Positions 50,646-64,000 of a stretch of 64,000 nt of DNA are shown in pieces. A program made the position numbers and the translations under genes. Within the stretch, counting starts at the first letter, position 1; every line of letters starts with the position of its first letter. The notes under the pieces are model-generated. The model made no database searches. It saw nothing but the letters and a program-made list of their open reading frames with translations, and had not been told where the DNA came from. This stretch comes from Eledone cirrhosa (lineage: Eukaryota). The stretch is from the NCBI GenBank assembly GCA_964016885.1, contig OZ024745.1, positions 24,986,001 to 25,050,000 of the forward strand, in the 5' to 3' direction.

Positions 50646-50688
50646 CATCCAAACCACAAACGGAATCTTGCTGCGACTGCGTGAATGA
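50646..50688 (+). CDS. STK19: STK19 terminal coding exon (CIQTTNGILLRLRE*)
   Basis: tttacag acceptor; TTxGxLLRL C-terminal motif; TGA at 50686-50688; total CDS 825 nt = 274 aa; AATAAA at 50904-50909. Confidence 0.92.
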
Positions 50689-51141
50689 TGTAATGTGATA
50701 TGCAGCAAGCATCTGCTTGTAAGTCATGCATGCACCAAGGCTGATGGTCTTACTCCTCTACTTGGATTAGATCAAACACCGACCACCACCCCTGCCCATT
50801 GTTGCCGCCACAACAACCACCTCTGCTGCCGCCGCTGCTGCTGCTGCTGCTCCTGCCGCGACCATCACCTACTATTACTACTCAACTTCTACTACAGTTT
50901 GAAAATAAATGCTTGGAGAATCTCTTTGATACAAGGCAGTGGTGTGTTGGATTTGGGCCAACAGAATTTCAGTGTGTGCCCCACCTACTTCTGGCTCTGT
51001 TCACACAACTTTCTCTTTACCACCGACACTACCATTACAGTCACGTCCTGTGGCGGGGGAGGGGGGGGGGGGGGGGGGGGGGGGGCATAAACCCCCTCTC
51101 TCTCTTTCTCTCTCTCTCTCTTTCTCTTTCTCTCTCTTTCC

Positions 51142-51208
<67 letters not shown>

Positions 51209-53647
51209 ATCTCTCACTTGCAATGCCTTGTTGATCATATTCTGACATATAGACAAAAAAAAAAAATCAAACTTACAAAAACTGATTAACCTCTCCCACC
51301 ACCCTCATCATGAGTTCTAACAACAGTTAAAGAAAGGTCTGGAGGAGGGGGCAGAGGTATTAACAGACATTACTACCTGGTATGTGGCACAAGCAAAATC
51401 TGATGGCCCAGTTTTCAGTGATACAACTACACTAATAATAATGTTCTCTCTCTCCTTCCTCTCTCTTCCTCTCCTTCCTCTCTCTCTCTCCTTCCTCTCT
51501 CTCTCTTTCCTCTCTCTCTCTTTCTCTCTCTCCTCTCTCTCTTCCTTATGTTTATGTTTATGTAAATATATATATATATATATATATATGTGTATATATG
51601 TAAAATTTATTCATTTGAAATGCAAACTGACTGTGACTTTGTGGTCTCATGGCCAGCAGCAAGTGAATCTTTCAAGATCAGTCACTCTACATTTCATTTG
51701 GATAATTCTTTTTCAGGCTCTAGTCCTGTAATGAGTCCTAGTCAGTTTTTAACACCCATCCTTTTTTTTTAAAGGTTCCTTATATTCCTTAAAAACCCAT
51801 AGTCCAACTATGTATATACATTTTTGTTTGTATTCATCCAGGCCCTCAATCTGCTGACCATATATCTATTATGAGTTATTTAACATCAGGAAGGGAAACA
51901 ATTCTCCCCAACATTTATACCTTAAAATATGCATTAACATTAGAGTAGGCACCACGTGGGGTGGGGTAGAAATGTTTCAGAAACAGAACTTAACTATTGT
52001 AGCTTTGAAAGCTCATTTTCATATTTGCTAAGTTCATCTATCCATCTGACACAACTCCTTGCTCATACCACTCAGCCCTCTTCTGCACAATGTCCTTATT
52101 TCCAGCATCATAGCCATACACTACCATTACATTTCTCTTTAGTCACTCTCTAATTGTTAGAACTATTCATCCTTTATTGTGTGGTTTCCTCTTTCCCTTG
52201 TCTTTTCCCTAACTTCCTCTGATTTTCTTCTCTCTCTACATCTTTTCGACCCCTTCCCTTGTCTTCTTGGCCCTTTTCTTTGCCTTTTCTTCATTGCTTC
52301 CTCCTCCTCCTGCTCAGTCTGTTGGTTAATATTTGACCGACCTCTGACTTTAACCTTTCTCCTTGGCCTATTCTATATATTTCTGTATGTATGTATGTGT
52401 GTGTGTGTTTTTATGCTTTTAAGATATGTGTGTGTGTATGTCTTTATGCCTTTAAGATGCTCGTGTGAGTGTCAACGTATGTGTGTGTATGTTTATATGT
52501 GCCTTTAAGATGGATGTGTGTCCATGTATGTGTGTGTGCATGTATGTGTCAACTAAAGTAGGTCAGCTCCAACACTAACTATAATGGCTGGATTAATAAA
52601 AAAAAAGACAATCAAACATTAAAATGGAAAATCTTTTTTTTTTTTAACAAGATGGAATTAGTACAATGCTTATTCTGTGACAGCATAGAACTAAAATGGA
52701 AAACAATTCGTTTCTTTTTTGGGGAGGGAGGGGGGCGTAACAAGATAGAATTAGTGCTAGGCCTATTCTGTGACAGATAGCATAGAACTAAAATTTTGAT
52801 GACAAAAAAGAAACCATAATTCAATGCTCAGTGGAATTATAAAGCCTATCTCTATATTTCTTCTTTTTTTTTCTATAAAAAGAAATATGTATAGTGGGGC
52901 GTGTAGTTTTTTTGTAGTGTGTGCAGTTCAGGGCAAGGTAAGAAGAGTGGGTTATAGGGAGCTGAGAGGGAGAAGATAAAATATAATAAACAAGATAAAA
53001 CTTGTTTAATAACAGTATATGTTTTGTGTTTTATTGTTTGTTTAGGTTAAGGTAGAGGTATAGAAAGAGAAGTGTGTGAGAGTCACTGTTATCTTACTCT
53101 TCTAACTTTGCCCTGAACCACACGCACTGTGGAATAACTACACAATCCACTGTACATACAAATACATTGCTTGAGATACACCAACACATTTTAAAGAAAT
53201 AATAATAATAATAATTAAAAAAGAAATACAAAAAATAATAGAAAAAGAGTATGAAGAAAATATGAGGGATCCTGTAATAATGTCACTCTCTCTCTTAGCA
53301 CCTGTGTGTGCTGTGCACATATGTGGAAATATATATATATATAGTTGGCATAAAGACAAGGTCTATTCCTATTGCATTGTCTGAAAATGGTAGAAAAATG
53401 TTGAGTCAGCTTAGACTAAAGGAGTTGTCTCCCTTCCTTATTTCCCAGAGCTTCAACACTGCACAGGGAAATTGGGTTTTGAAATTGCAAGGATACTCTG
53501 GATTGATTGAAGTATTTTTAGACTCACCAAAATTTAACATGCAAGATTTTATTATGTGTGGGTGTGTATGGGTACAAACAAAAGAAAAGTGCACTCAATA
53601 CATAATGGGGAAGTTGAAAGTATTTATATTAAGTTTGTTTTGTTTCT

Positions 53648-53696
53648 ACATTACCAGTAGTTTCATAGACGTAAACACATCTAACTCTTCAGATGT
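53648..53696 (-). ncRNA. Type I hammerhead ribozyme with complete core
   Basis: Minus strand: acat-CTGAAGA-gt-tagatg-tgttta-cgtcta-t-GAAA-ctactg-GTA-atgt. Confidence 0.75.
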
Positions 53697-53946
53697 CAGG
53701 AAATAGGAGTTAGATGTGTTTGCTTTGAAACCACTGGTAACCTGTCAGACTGTTACCATATATATATATGTATATATATATACAACTTTGATAGGTTTTG
53801 GCCAGTGTTGGCCCAGGCCATGTCTAACTTAATAGTACCACCTGAGGAAGTCTCTCAGATTATCGGTTCACAACCTAGTCATATTTTGGACATCGTGGCC
53901 CACTCTAGTAAAGAGTTGTTGTTTTCAGAGACATATCCAGGTGTAG

Positions 53947-53977
53947 TATATATATATATATATATATATATAATCGC

Positions 53978-54014
<37 letters not shown>

Positions 54015-54058
54015 TGTATGTGTGTATGTATGTATGTGTGTGTGTGTATATATGTATA

Positions 54059-54091
<33 letters not shown>

Positions 54092-54328
54092 GTATATGTG
54101 TGTATGTATCTGTGTGTGTGTATATATATATGCATATGTATATGTATTTATGTGTGTATATGTATATATATGTGTGTATATGTATATATATATGTGTATA
54201 TGTATATATATATGTTTATATGTGTGTATATGTATATATATATGTTTATATGTGTGTATATATATATGTTTATATGTGTGTATATGTATATATATATGTT
54301 TATGTGTGTATATATATATATATATGTT

Positions 54329-54359
<31 letters not shown>

Positions 54360-54489
54360 GTGTATATATATATATATATATATGTTTATATGTGTGTATA
54401 TGTTTATATGTATATGTATATATATATATATATGTTTATATGTGTGTGTATATGTTTATATATATGTGTATATGTTTATATGTATATAT

Positions 54490-54540
<51 letters not shown>

Positions 54541-54563
54541 TATGTATATGTATATATATATAT

Positions 54564-54600
<37 letters not shown>

Positions 54601-54604
54601 TATA
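53947..54604. repeat. Long compound (TA)n/(TG)n microsatellite
   Basis: ~660 bp of alternating purine-pyrimidine sequence. Confidence 0.97.
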
Positions 54605-57600
54605 ATCCTACAGTTGCGCAATAATTTTCATGTGTACAACTCATAATAAATCAGCTCTGTTTATATACAGAGCGCTATTTTTTTCTTGTTGATACTCTCA
54701 CTATATATATGTATGTATATATGTTATTGTTATATGTGGTGGGGGGTAAACTATTGATTTTATATTTTGGCTTTCTTTTTATCAGTTTTTTTAACAATAT
54801 ATTTCAATTTGTGTATTCTTCAAAGATCTTCAAGTATTCCTATTTCTACATACATACATACATACATACATGATGGCTGCAACTCAATTTCAAGTAATGC
54901 CATCGTTCGATAATTAAACAAGAGCATCATAGACGTGGCATTTTAGTCCTGCTAGGGACTTGCCTATGGCCAACAATACTAAGCATTGCAAAAAATGTCA
55001 TATCAAGTGATGCCTGTGCTTGAAGTTTTTTTTAAGTGACGAAAGGCTTTACACGACATACATGCATATGTACATGCAAACATGCAAGTACAGTCCATTA
55101 ATGGAACTGAAAAAATATGTAAAACATTTCAGAAATTCAGCGTGTCGTAACTACATATACATATGTATAGATACAGAAACATATGCACGTGTACACATAA
55201 CTCAAAATGTACAAATCTATAGATGCAATAGCACCCATACCTGCTCACACACAAACACATATAGGCATGTATTTACCTCGTAGATGTTGTCTAAATTCTT
55301 ATGAATGAATCCGGTTTCTATGTTAGAAACTAACTCTCTATTGGTGAAAATTTATAAAATAATGTTTTCTGATTTAGACACAAGACCAACAATTTAGAGG
55401 AAGAGAAAGTCGATAGAATTAACCCCAGGGCATTACTGGTACTTTATTTTATCGACACTATGGATGAAAGGCAAAGCTAACTTTGGCGGGATTTTATAAA
55501 ATAATTGTTTCTACTTTTGGCACCAGGCCAGCAATTATCCCAGTGCATTACTGGTACTTTATTTTATCGACCCCCGTAAGGATGAAAGGCAAAGTTAACC
55601 TCGGCGGGATTTGAACTCAGATCATAATAAAACCAGAATGTATATGCATACATAAATACATACTTACATGCATGCATGTTAAGTACCTTTTTGGTTTCAT
55701 TGCAATTCACAAATTCACACCAGTATGAAACTTCAATATATATAAAAAGTGTGTGATTTTACGCACACACACACACACACTCAGTCCTTTACTAGGTAGA
55801 AATTCAACAAGCTGAGCTGGAAAAGAACAACTCAACCCTGGAAAAATGGATGTAAGATGGTTGTGCTGGTGCCATGGGAAAAGCTGCACACTCTAATGTG
55901 GTGGGTGTTAAGAAGGGTATCCATACATAAAAAAAGCAAGCCAAAATCACAATGTATGAGCAAGATGTGGGCACCTAATCTGTCTGCATACGAGTATGTG
56001 TAGGAATGGAATCTAGTAGACAAACGAAAAGTGAGTAAATTGCGTCATAATACTACACAATCTGTATATAGTGGTTAATTTGCAGTGGCTTAGTGGTAAG
56101 GATGTTGGACTTATGATCATAATGTTGTGGGTTCAATTCCTGGGCTGGGTTGTGTTGTGTTCTTGAGCAAAACACTTCATTTCACGTTGCTCCAGTATAC
56201 TCAGCTGAAAAAAAAGTGAGTACCAGTAATAGCTGGTGTCCTGTCCAGGGAGGAGTCTTGTACTCAGTTGAGTGCTCTCACAAATCTACCAATCTACCTC
56301 CTATATAATGGTTTCTTTTATTTGCCACAAGGGTGCTGAACAAGGGGACATTACAAAGACAAATTGAATAAAGGGAAAGGGGTTACATAGAAATAGAATG
56401 AGGAAAAAGTAAAATGAATTAAATCTATGTATGTATATACATATATATGTATGTATATACACACACATACACTTACAATGTGGTCGTGTAGGTGTCATGA
56501 CAAAAAGCACCCAGCACACACTATAAATGCTGTTGGCGTAAGGAAGGGCTACTAGCCATATAAACCAGGCCAGAAACTGTTCTGTATGAACAAGACACAG
56601 TCACCTGACCTGACTTGCCTCAAACGGGACAACCATCTAACCCATGCTGGTGTGGAAAATGGACATTAAACAATATATATATATATATATATATAATGAA
56701 AGGAAGGATAAGAAACAATCAGATATTTTAAAGGAGCATCATCTTTGTTTAACATCCATTTTTCCACGCTAGCATGGGCTAGACGGGAATTGTCCCACTT
56801 GAGGCAAGGCTGGTCGGGTGACCGCGTCTCGCTCATATAGGACTATCTGGCAGGTTTTCTACGGCTGGATGCCTTTCCTAACACCAACCACATTTACAGT
56901 GTGGAACTGGGAACTTTTTACCCTGTTACCTACACGGCCACATTACAGCGTGGACTGTATGTTTTTTTTGTCGTGACACATACACGATCTCGATCTCATT
57001 TTCTCGTGCTGTTAGTGGGAGGATGGGGTAGTGGATTGGGGTGAATATTTGGTTACTCACTGTAGGTTTCGCTTTGTACATAAGCAAGGCGGGTCTTCTG
57101 TATTACTGCGTAGCGCCAAAGATCTCGGTCCAGAGACATTGTCTTAGAGAGATGTGTGTGAGGTCGGAATTTATCAGATCATCCCAGGTTTTTCTGGGTC
57201 TACCTACTCCGTAACTACCATCAAAGGATAACTCTGAATATCCTGTGATGGAGCAGTATTTCAACAATTATTTTCTTTACTATCTGATGCATACATGTCC
57301 TCACTCATATGTGTATATACACATACACACACAATCTATTATTACATACCTATATATGCAAATTTATATTCATAATTATGTATATTCATACTATTTGGCA
57401 GAACCCATTAGTTTGTGTTAAAAGATAACTTCTGTGCCCCACATAAGCGAGATGCAGACCCTCCCAGCCTGTCAGGGTGATCAGTAGCCCCACTAGACCC
57501 ATCCTACCCTTGCTTGCAAGGAAAGTGGATGTTAAACAACGATGATATATACAGTAGTAGTAATAAATATAAAGACCAAAATCCAGAGAAGACTCGATAA

Positions 57601-59549
57601 TGGTTGTCATCATCATCATCATCGTTTAACGTCCATTTTCCATGCTAGCATGGGTCTGGACGGGAATTGTGCCACTTGAGGCAAGAGTGGTTGTCTTGCT
57701 CAGGACTGTCTGGCAGGTTTTCTACGGCTGGATGCGCTTCCTAACACCAACCACGTTTACAGTGTGGACTGGGAGGTTTTTACCGTGTTACCTACACGGC
57801 CACATTACAGCGTGGACTGTGTGTTTTATTGTCGTGACACCTACACATCTGGCGGGTTTTCTACGGCTGGGTGCCCTTCCCAACCACGTTTACAGTGTGG
57901 AGTGGGAGGTTTTTACCGTGTTACCTACACGGCCACATTACAGCGTGGACTGTGTGTTTTTTTGTCGTGACACCTACACGACCTCATTTGTTTCGGACTG
58001 GATGTTGTGGTACCAACATAACTTCACATTTAAGGGGGCGGTGTGGATGGGGTGTATTTTGTTAGAGGTGCCTACTGACTGTAGGTTTCGCTTTGTACTT
58101 AGGCAAGGCGGATCTTCTGTATAACTGTGTAGCGCCAAAGATCTCGGTCCAGTGACATTGTCTTGGAGAGGTGTAAGTGTGTGAGGTCGGAATTTATCAA
58201 GTCGTCCCAGGTTTTTCTGGGTCTGCCTACTCCGTGGCTACCGTCTATTTTTATTGCCCTGCACTTTTTTATACAGCTGTCGTCTTTCATGCGCGTCACA
58301 TGACCGTACCAACGTAGTCTTCTCTTGAGTAAACAACATCTGATCCCTCTTATATGTATATATATATATATAAGTAAATATAAACCTGTAGAGCAAATAT
58401 TTATTATTAGCACAGATAAAAAACTATGGTAAGTTTCTGCTTTCATCCTAAGCAGGATCATTTGAAACTTAGGATGAAAGCAGAAATTTTGGGCTTTAAC
58501 TTTTAATCTGTGCTAATAGATATATATATGTCCAACCCATGTTAACCTGTAAAACAACAAAATGATATATATATATATCGAAAGAGGGTGGAGGATATGA
58601 GATCATGGATGACATAATTTAACAGGTTACAAATAAGTACCATAGTAAAATGTATTACTATAAACAACAGAAGCAACAATATTGTAAAGTTGGTGAGTGA
58701 TTTGTTGGCCTGTATAGTACTGAGTTGAATTGTAACTGGAGAAATTTATATATATCCAGGCTGATGTGATTTATCTCACACCTTAGGTAAGTATCTACCT
58801 CGGGTCAACCAGTTTGTGAGTGAAATTTGGTAGACAGCCATTGTGTGAGAGCATATCTGAGGGATCATTCTTGTGTTTTAACTTTAATAAGTTACCTGGT
58901 TTAACACCATCTGGCCAGTTGATGTCTTTAGCAGAATTCACAGTTACCATTACTCTGCTCTAAATATAATCTTCAGTTACAGAGGAATTGAAAAAAGGTC
59001 ACAGGCTTCCCTACAGCCTTTGATTAAACCATTTGAAAAAAATGCATTTCCCCACCCCTCCCCCCAACATTTTTGACATTTTTCCATTATTGTTATTATT
59101 GTGGTGGATTGGCAGTCATTAGAGCACTGGACAACATGCTTTGCAGCATATAGTTATGGCCCTTTACATTCTGATTTCAAATCCCACCGAGGTTAGCTTT
59201 ACATTTCATCCATAAGGGATCAATAATATAAAGTACCAGTAACACACTGGGGTCGATTTAATCGACTTTCCCTTCCCTGAAAATTGTTGGCCTTGTGCCT
59301 AAATCAGAAATGATTAATATTAACTGTCTCAAGTTGACAAAAACTGGACCATTGCATTCATTTGTGCTACATTCATTCCCCATTACTTGCAGTTCGGGTT
59401 ATATTGGGCTCTCTCTGCACTACCCACACAAAAGAAAACTGATTAAAGCATTGCATGCAAGTGAGAGGTATCAACTGTGCCAGAATGTAATGTATATATA
59501 ATACACACACCCACTTCCTTTTCTCTAACCATACAAGTTTATGTATGTA

Positions 59550-60910
59550 CTAGCAATGTATCCCGGCATTGCACGGATAAGAACATTGGTAATAGTACCT
59601 CCAATGAGAAACGTTTATTTGTTAAAAACTCACGAAAATATACCGACAGGATACTTGTTTTGGAGAAAATTAAGATGAAAGTACAGTTTAGCTGTCTACG
59701 TGCATTGTTCATAGAAATATTGTTGAGCCCCTTCTTTTCATACTCCTGTGATAGTTGTACTCCGGCGTTTTGTCCTATTGGAGTAAATGTGAAAGAGAAA
59801 GTCACAGGTTAAGTTGGCAGAAGGTTCCAGTGCAATAGCAGTAAGGTGTAGGCTACTTACCTCAAAAGTTCATTCGCACTCTTTCTACTACGTTACTCTT
59901 TCTCTCTATCCCTCTCGGTGCAGTCCCTTGCGAATTTCTCGCGTAGGCCTGGTGTAGATTTGCACCCGATCCATCTGCCGGGTGCACATGTCCCCTTTGT
60001 ACAGCTTTTGGAGGAAGGAGTGACCAGCAGTATGTTGTTTGGTATTATTATGAAAAGGTAGCAGAGAATCCCACATGAACTAACAGCTCGGGAGGAAATT
60101 GCTTACCTCGAAGATTCTTGTCAACGCTCCGTTTAGTTGGTATTTGTTGGTCTACAGTTAGATGAATGGCGCAGAAAGGGTTAATGTTTATTGGCAAGAA
60201 GGTTTTTGATTAATAAAAGATGGGTTAAAGCGACCTACAATGTATCATTCTGCGTTGATGTTAGTGGTTTTCGTTATTGTCAATGGGTTTTTTGGACGGC
60301 AAATTCGAGACCCTTCTGTTTCTCCCTCAATAAACTGACTACTATGAAGACCATTCCATGTTGGCCTGCAGATGGAAATGCAGAACACAAAGGTGAAAGT
60401 TCAGTGGTAATGGGAGTCCTATGTAGCAGCAGTAACATTGACATTGCTTACAACGTGTGCTTTCACCCTTAACGGGATCTTCTGAAACTAAAAAAATCAA
60501 TCTGTGAATGCAGAAGTAAATATTTCGAAAAACGTTGGAACCGAAGGAAAACAGGAAGACAATACTTTGGTTCGTGAAGACGTTCCCTGGCAATGAACGG
60601 AAAATAGCGAAGATAATACGTCATCAATGAGAACCATGTTTGTTATAATGTCGTAATACAGACATATTATAAGGGCGCAACCTTATAGCTATGTATCTAT
60701 CTAAAAAGACAGAGATATCGCTAACCGGCGCCTAACACCCCTTTAACAACAGAAAATTGAAAAATAAAAGTTGCAGTTAATATCTTTAGACTGCAAGGAA
60801 TATATAAATGCAAATTTGAAGTTAATCGGAGTAGAAATGTGGATTTGTATAGACTTTGCAAAAATTAGGGGACACACACAGACAATTTCAGTTTTATATA
60901 TATGTATAGA
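59550..60910 (-). mobile_element. Non-autonomous Helitron with both ends
   Basis: Minus-strand 5' TCTATACATATATATAAAACTGAAATTGTCTGTG; 3' hairpin ccgtgcaatgccggg then CTAG at 59553-59550. Confidence 0.75.
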
Positions 60911-61442
60911 CTAGCAGAAAACCACCCGGTGGGCGGTTTTCTGCTAGCAAATCTAGTGTATATACTGATATTGTTGAGATTTGGATGAGAAATGTTTTCG
61001 GCACCACATGTTCACCGTCTCTTGGTGTGTCTTTTATGCATGTATAAATATATATGTTATCTATACGGTGAAATCTTTGAAATAAATATATGTTAAAACA
61101 AAAAAGGAGAAAAAGAGATTAGTGACGGAAATATAAACGTTATGATACATAAAGGTTATGATATAACGATGGAAATATATCTCCAAATGGTCCTTGGCAG
61201 GGTGTCAAGTCAGAACCGCCTCGAACTGGTTACTTCTGGCTTGTGCTAGGTGTTTCTATAGCAACCAACGATTCCCTCGGTCTCAGTGACCAAAGTCAGT
61301 GGAGAGGGGAAGGTAATGTTTCTATAGCGACAGTGTTTCTCTTGGTAGTACCAAAGTGGAGAAAAGAAGGGGAAGGTAATATTTCTGTAGCACCTACATT
61401 TGAGTTTTAGGGAAGGACAGACAGACAAACAGAGAAATGCCC

Positions 61443-61451
61443 ATATATTTC

Positions 61452-61486
<35 letters not shown>

Positions 61487-61514
61487 TACACACACAGAAA
61501 TGTATATATATTTC

Positions 61515-61545
<31 letters not shown>

Positions 61546-61700
61546 TACACACACAAAAATGTATATATATTTCTGTGTGTATGTATGTATATTTCTGTGT
61601 GTCTATATATATATATATTACATATTACACACACAGAAATGTATATATATTTCTGTGTGTGTATATATATATTACACACACAGAAATGTATATATATTTC
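61443..61700. repeat. Tandem array of self-complementary units tttctgtgtgtg(ta)n-tacacacacagaaa
   Basis: About four palindromic units in tandem. Confidence 0.85.
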
Positions 61701-64000
61701 TTAGAACAAAATTATTATTAATGTTTTGCTGTTCATAACAATTGGAATTGAAAAATTACTTTTGAAATTATTAGTTATTTTACTAATGCTTTGATATGTA
61801 AAAATGAAGCAATGTTTCTAATAATTGTTTCTACTTTTGGCACAAGGCCAGCAATTACCCAGTACATTACTGGTACTTTATTTTATCGACCCCGTGAGGA
61901 TGAAAGGCAAAGTTAACCTCGGCGGTATTTGAACTCAGACCGTAAATGGACGTAACTCCATGCTATGAAGCATGGTGTCCGACTCTCTACAGATTCTGCC
62001 AATCCACCGCCCTAATGTCTGTACGTAATGAGGGAGTGAGAGGGGAGAGAAAGAAGAGCAGAGGTGAAGTGACGAAGTGACTCTCTCCTCCTCCTCCTCC
62101 ATCTCCCCATTCGTCACAGCGATAGAGGGGAGGAATGTTAGTGTGTTACAAAGAGAAAGAGTGAAAGTGAGAGAAACAGACAGACTAAAAGAGAGGGATA
62201 GCTGGAGAGAGAGAGAGATAGCAACCACGCGCGCACGTGTTTCCACTGTCGGACAGACAGACAGAGAAATTGCTGGTTATATATTATAAGGAGATATATG
62301 TATAGATAATATCTGTGTGAACAGACATAACATATTTCTCTTAAGATCCAAGATTTCTTGTCCTAAGTAAATGTGAAGATAAAAATATTGATCATATATA
62401 TCTGTGAAGGAGTGTGGCCTGGTGGTAAGGGTGTTGACCTTATGATCATAATGTCATGGGTTCAATTCCTGGACTGGGTTTTGTTTTGTGTTCTTGAGCA
62501 AAACACTCCAGTGTACACAGCTGAAAATGTGTACCAGCAACAGCTGGTGATTTAATCTTGCAATGGACTAGTATCATGTCCAGAAGAGAGTCTTGTGCTC
62601 TCAGTTTTTTAATGCCACAGAAACTGGGATAAGCACTGGCTTGAGCCTCCTCGCTCGTGACAGACTTTAGACTTATATATATACACAGTCGATTGCTATG
62701 AATAATAGCTTACAAGCTCAGGTAAAATGCCCCCTATAGACGGAGAAAAATGGTCAGCAGAAACTACAGAAAATTGAACTATATACCTCTCATCTCCAGT
62801 TGTGTCCTCTATACTGTTGGGCTAAACGACCCCTGACAACAACCTCTGTCTAAACATAAATGATTAGCTTTATATGTAAGAACATTTGTAAATAATATGT
62901 GTTGAGTTGATTGAAAGTTTTAGAAAATGTAGAAAATCTTATGCAGAAAATAACTGTAAACACAGTCGATTGCCATAAATTATAGCTTAGAAAATTGGGG
63001 GAGATGATCCTATAAACCGAAAAAATATATATATGGCATTAGGAAGGGCATCCAGCTGTAGAAATGAAGCATTAAATGGGAGATACAAGCAAGACACAGT
63101 CACCTGACTTGTCTAGTCTCAGTACATGATGGCCTGTCTGACACATGCAAAGATGAAAAAGAGACATTAAATGATTAATACATACATATATATATGGACT
63201 GCAAATTGCTACAAGTGACAGAGGAGATAACAAAGGAACAAGTGGGGAGATGCCATGTTGAAAAGGATCCGTCCAACCCATGCAAGCATGGAAAAGAAGA
63301 CGTAAAAACGATGATGATATTTATATATATATATATATGGAGGCACATGGCTTAGTGGTTAGAGCATTGGCCTTGCAATCGAAAGGTTGTGAGTTCAATT
63401 CTCAGACCGGGTGATGTGTTGTTTCCTTGAGCAAGACACTTTATTTCACATTGCACCAGTTTACTCAGCTGTAGAAATGAGATGATAGGGACTGGGGTCC
63501 CTATCATTCCACTGTAAAGTGGATGTGGAGGTGTCACAGCAAAAAAGCACCCAGCCCACACTGTAAATTGGACATGTAGGCGCCACGGAAAAAAAGCACC
63601 CACCCAGCACTCACTGTAAATGATGTTGGTGTTAGGAAGGGCATCCAGCTGTAGAAATCAAGCCAGAATCAGTTCCCGTCTCACCCTTGCAAGCAGGGAA
63701 AAGCGGACATAAAATGATGATGATGATGATGATATATAATCAAGAAAAGTATACATGTTTCTTTTATAAAACAATTTTTTAGGCTCTATTTATTAACCCT
63801 TTCATGACTGCATTTCTAATCAAATACTTTGTTTCAATTAATTAATGAAGAATTTTGAGAGAATTACTAAAGTTACAAAGATAGTAACTTAACATATGGT
63901 TCTTATATAAAATTATACTGGAAGATTTTAATTTGAATTGGAAACCTTTAAAATAGGTGACTTTATTTCATAGAACCAGAGCTGGTTTTGGCTGGGTTGG

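Noticed and set aside
53308-53706. 132-aa ORF downstream of STK19
   Set aside because: No recognisable domain or convincing splice pair; it starts in TA repeat and ends in a foldback.
53805-54646. Long ORFs rich in Y/I/C/V/M
   Set aside because: Translations of (TA)n/(TG)n microsatellite; the same applies to 38661-39026 and 61400-61738.
63339-63410. tRNA gene
   Set aside because: A and B boxes are present, but acceptor and anticodon stems do not pair and a SINE core follows.

Overview
AT-rich, repeat-dense animal genomic DNA, most likely an octopod cephalopod (inferred from the SINE, RTE and microsatellite landscape). One host gene is clearly supported: a 7-coding-exon STK19 orthologue on the + strand (39924-50688, 274 aa, all GT-AG introns with consistent phases), with a candidate promoter and non-coding first exon near 23.2 kb. 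Most of the rest is mobile DNA: a near full-length C-rich Penelope-like element (RT + GIY-YIG), other PLE GIY-YIG fragments, Helitron remnants, RTE (two PHD-bearing families plus BovB-like) and CR1 LINEs, two tRNA-derived SINE families, Tc1/pogo and piggyBac MITEs, and several minisatellites. The most notable observations are: (1) at least seven hammerhead-ribozyme motifs, several tied to short foldbacks next to (TA)n tracts, including one with a ~95-nt stem II and one whose three strands are in a non-circular order; (2) an RTE-associated local transduction of ~420 bp of putative STK19 intron 1, capped by a second RTE 3' end; (3) a palindromic Helitron terminus that reads as a 3' end on both strands. 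All calls were made by eye, without database searches.
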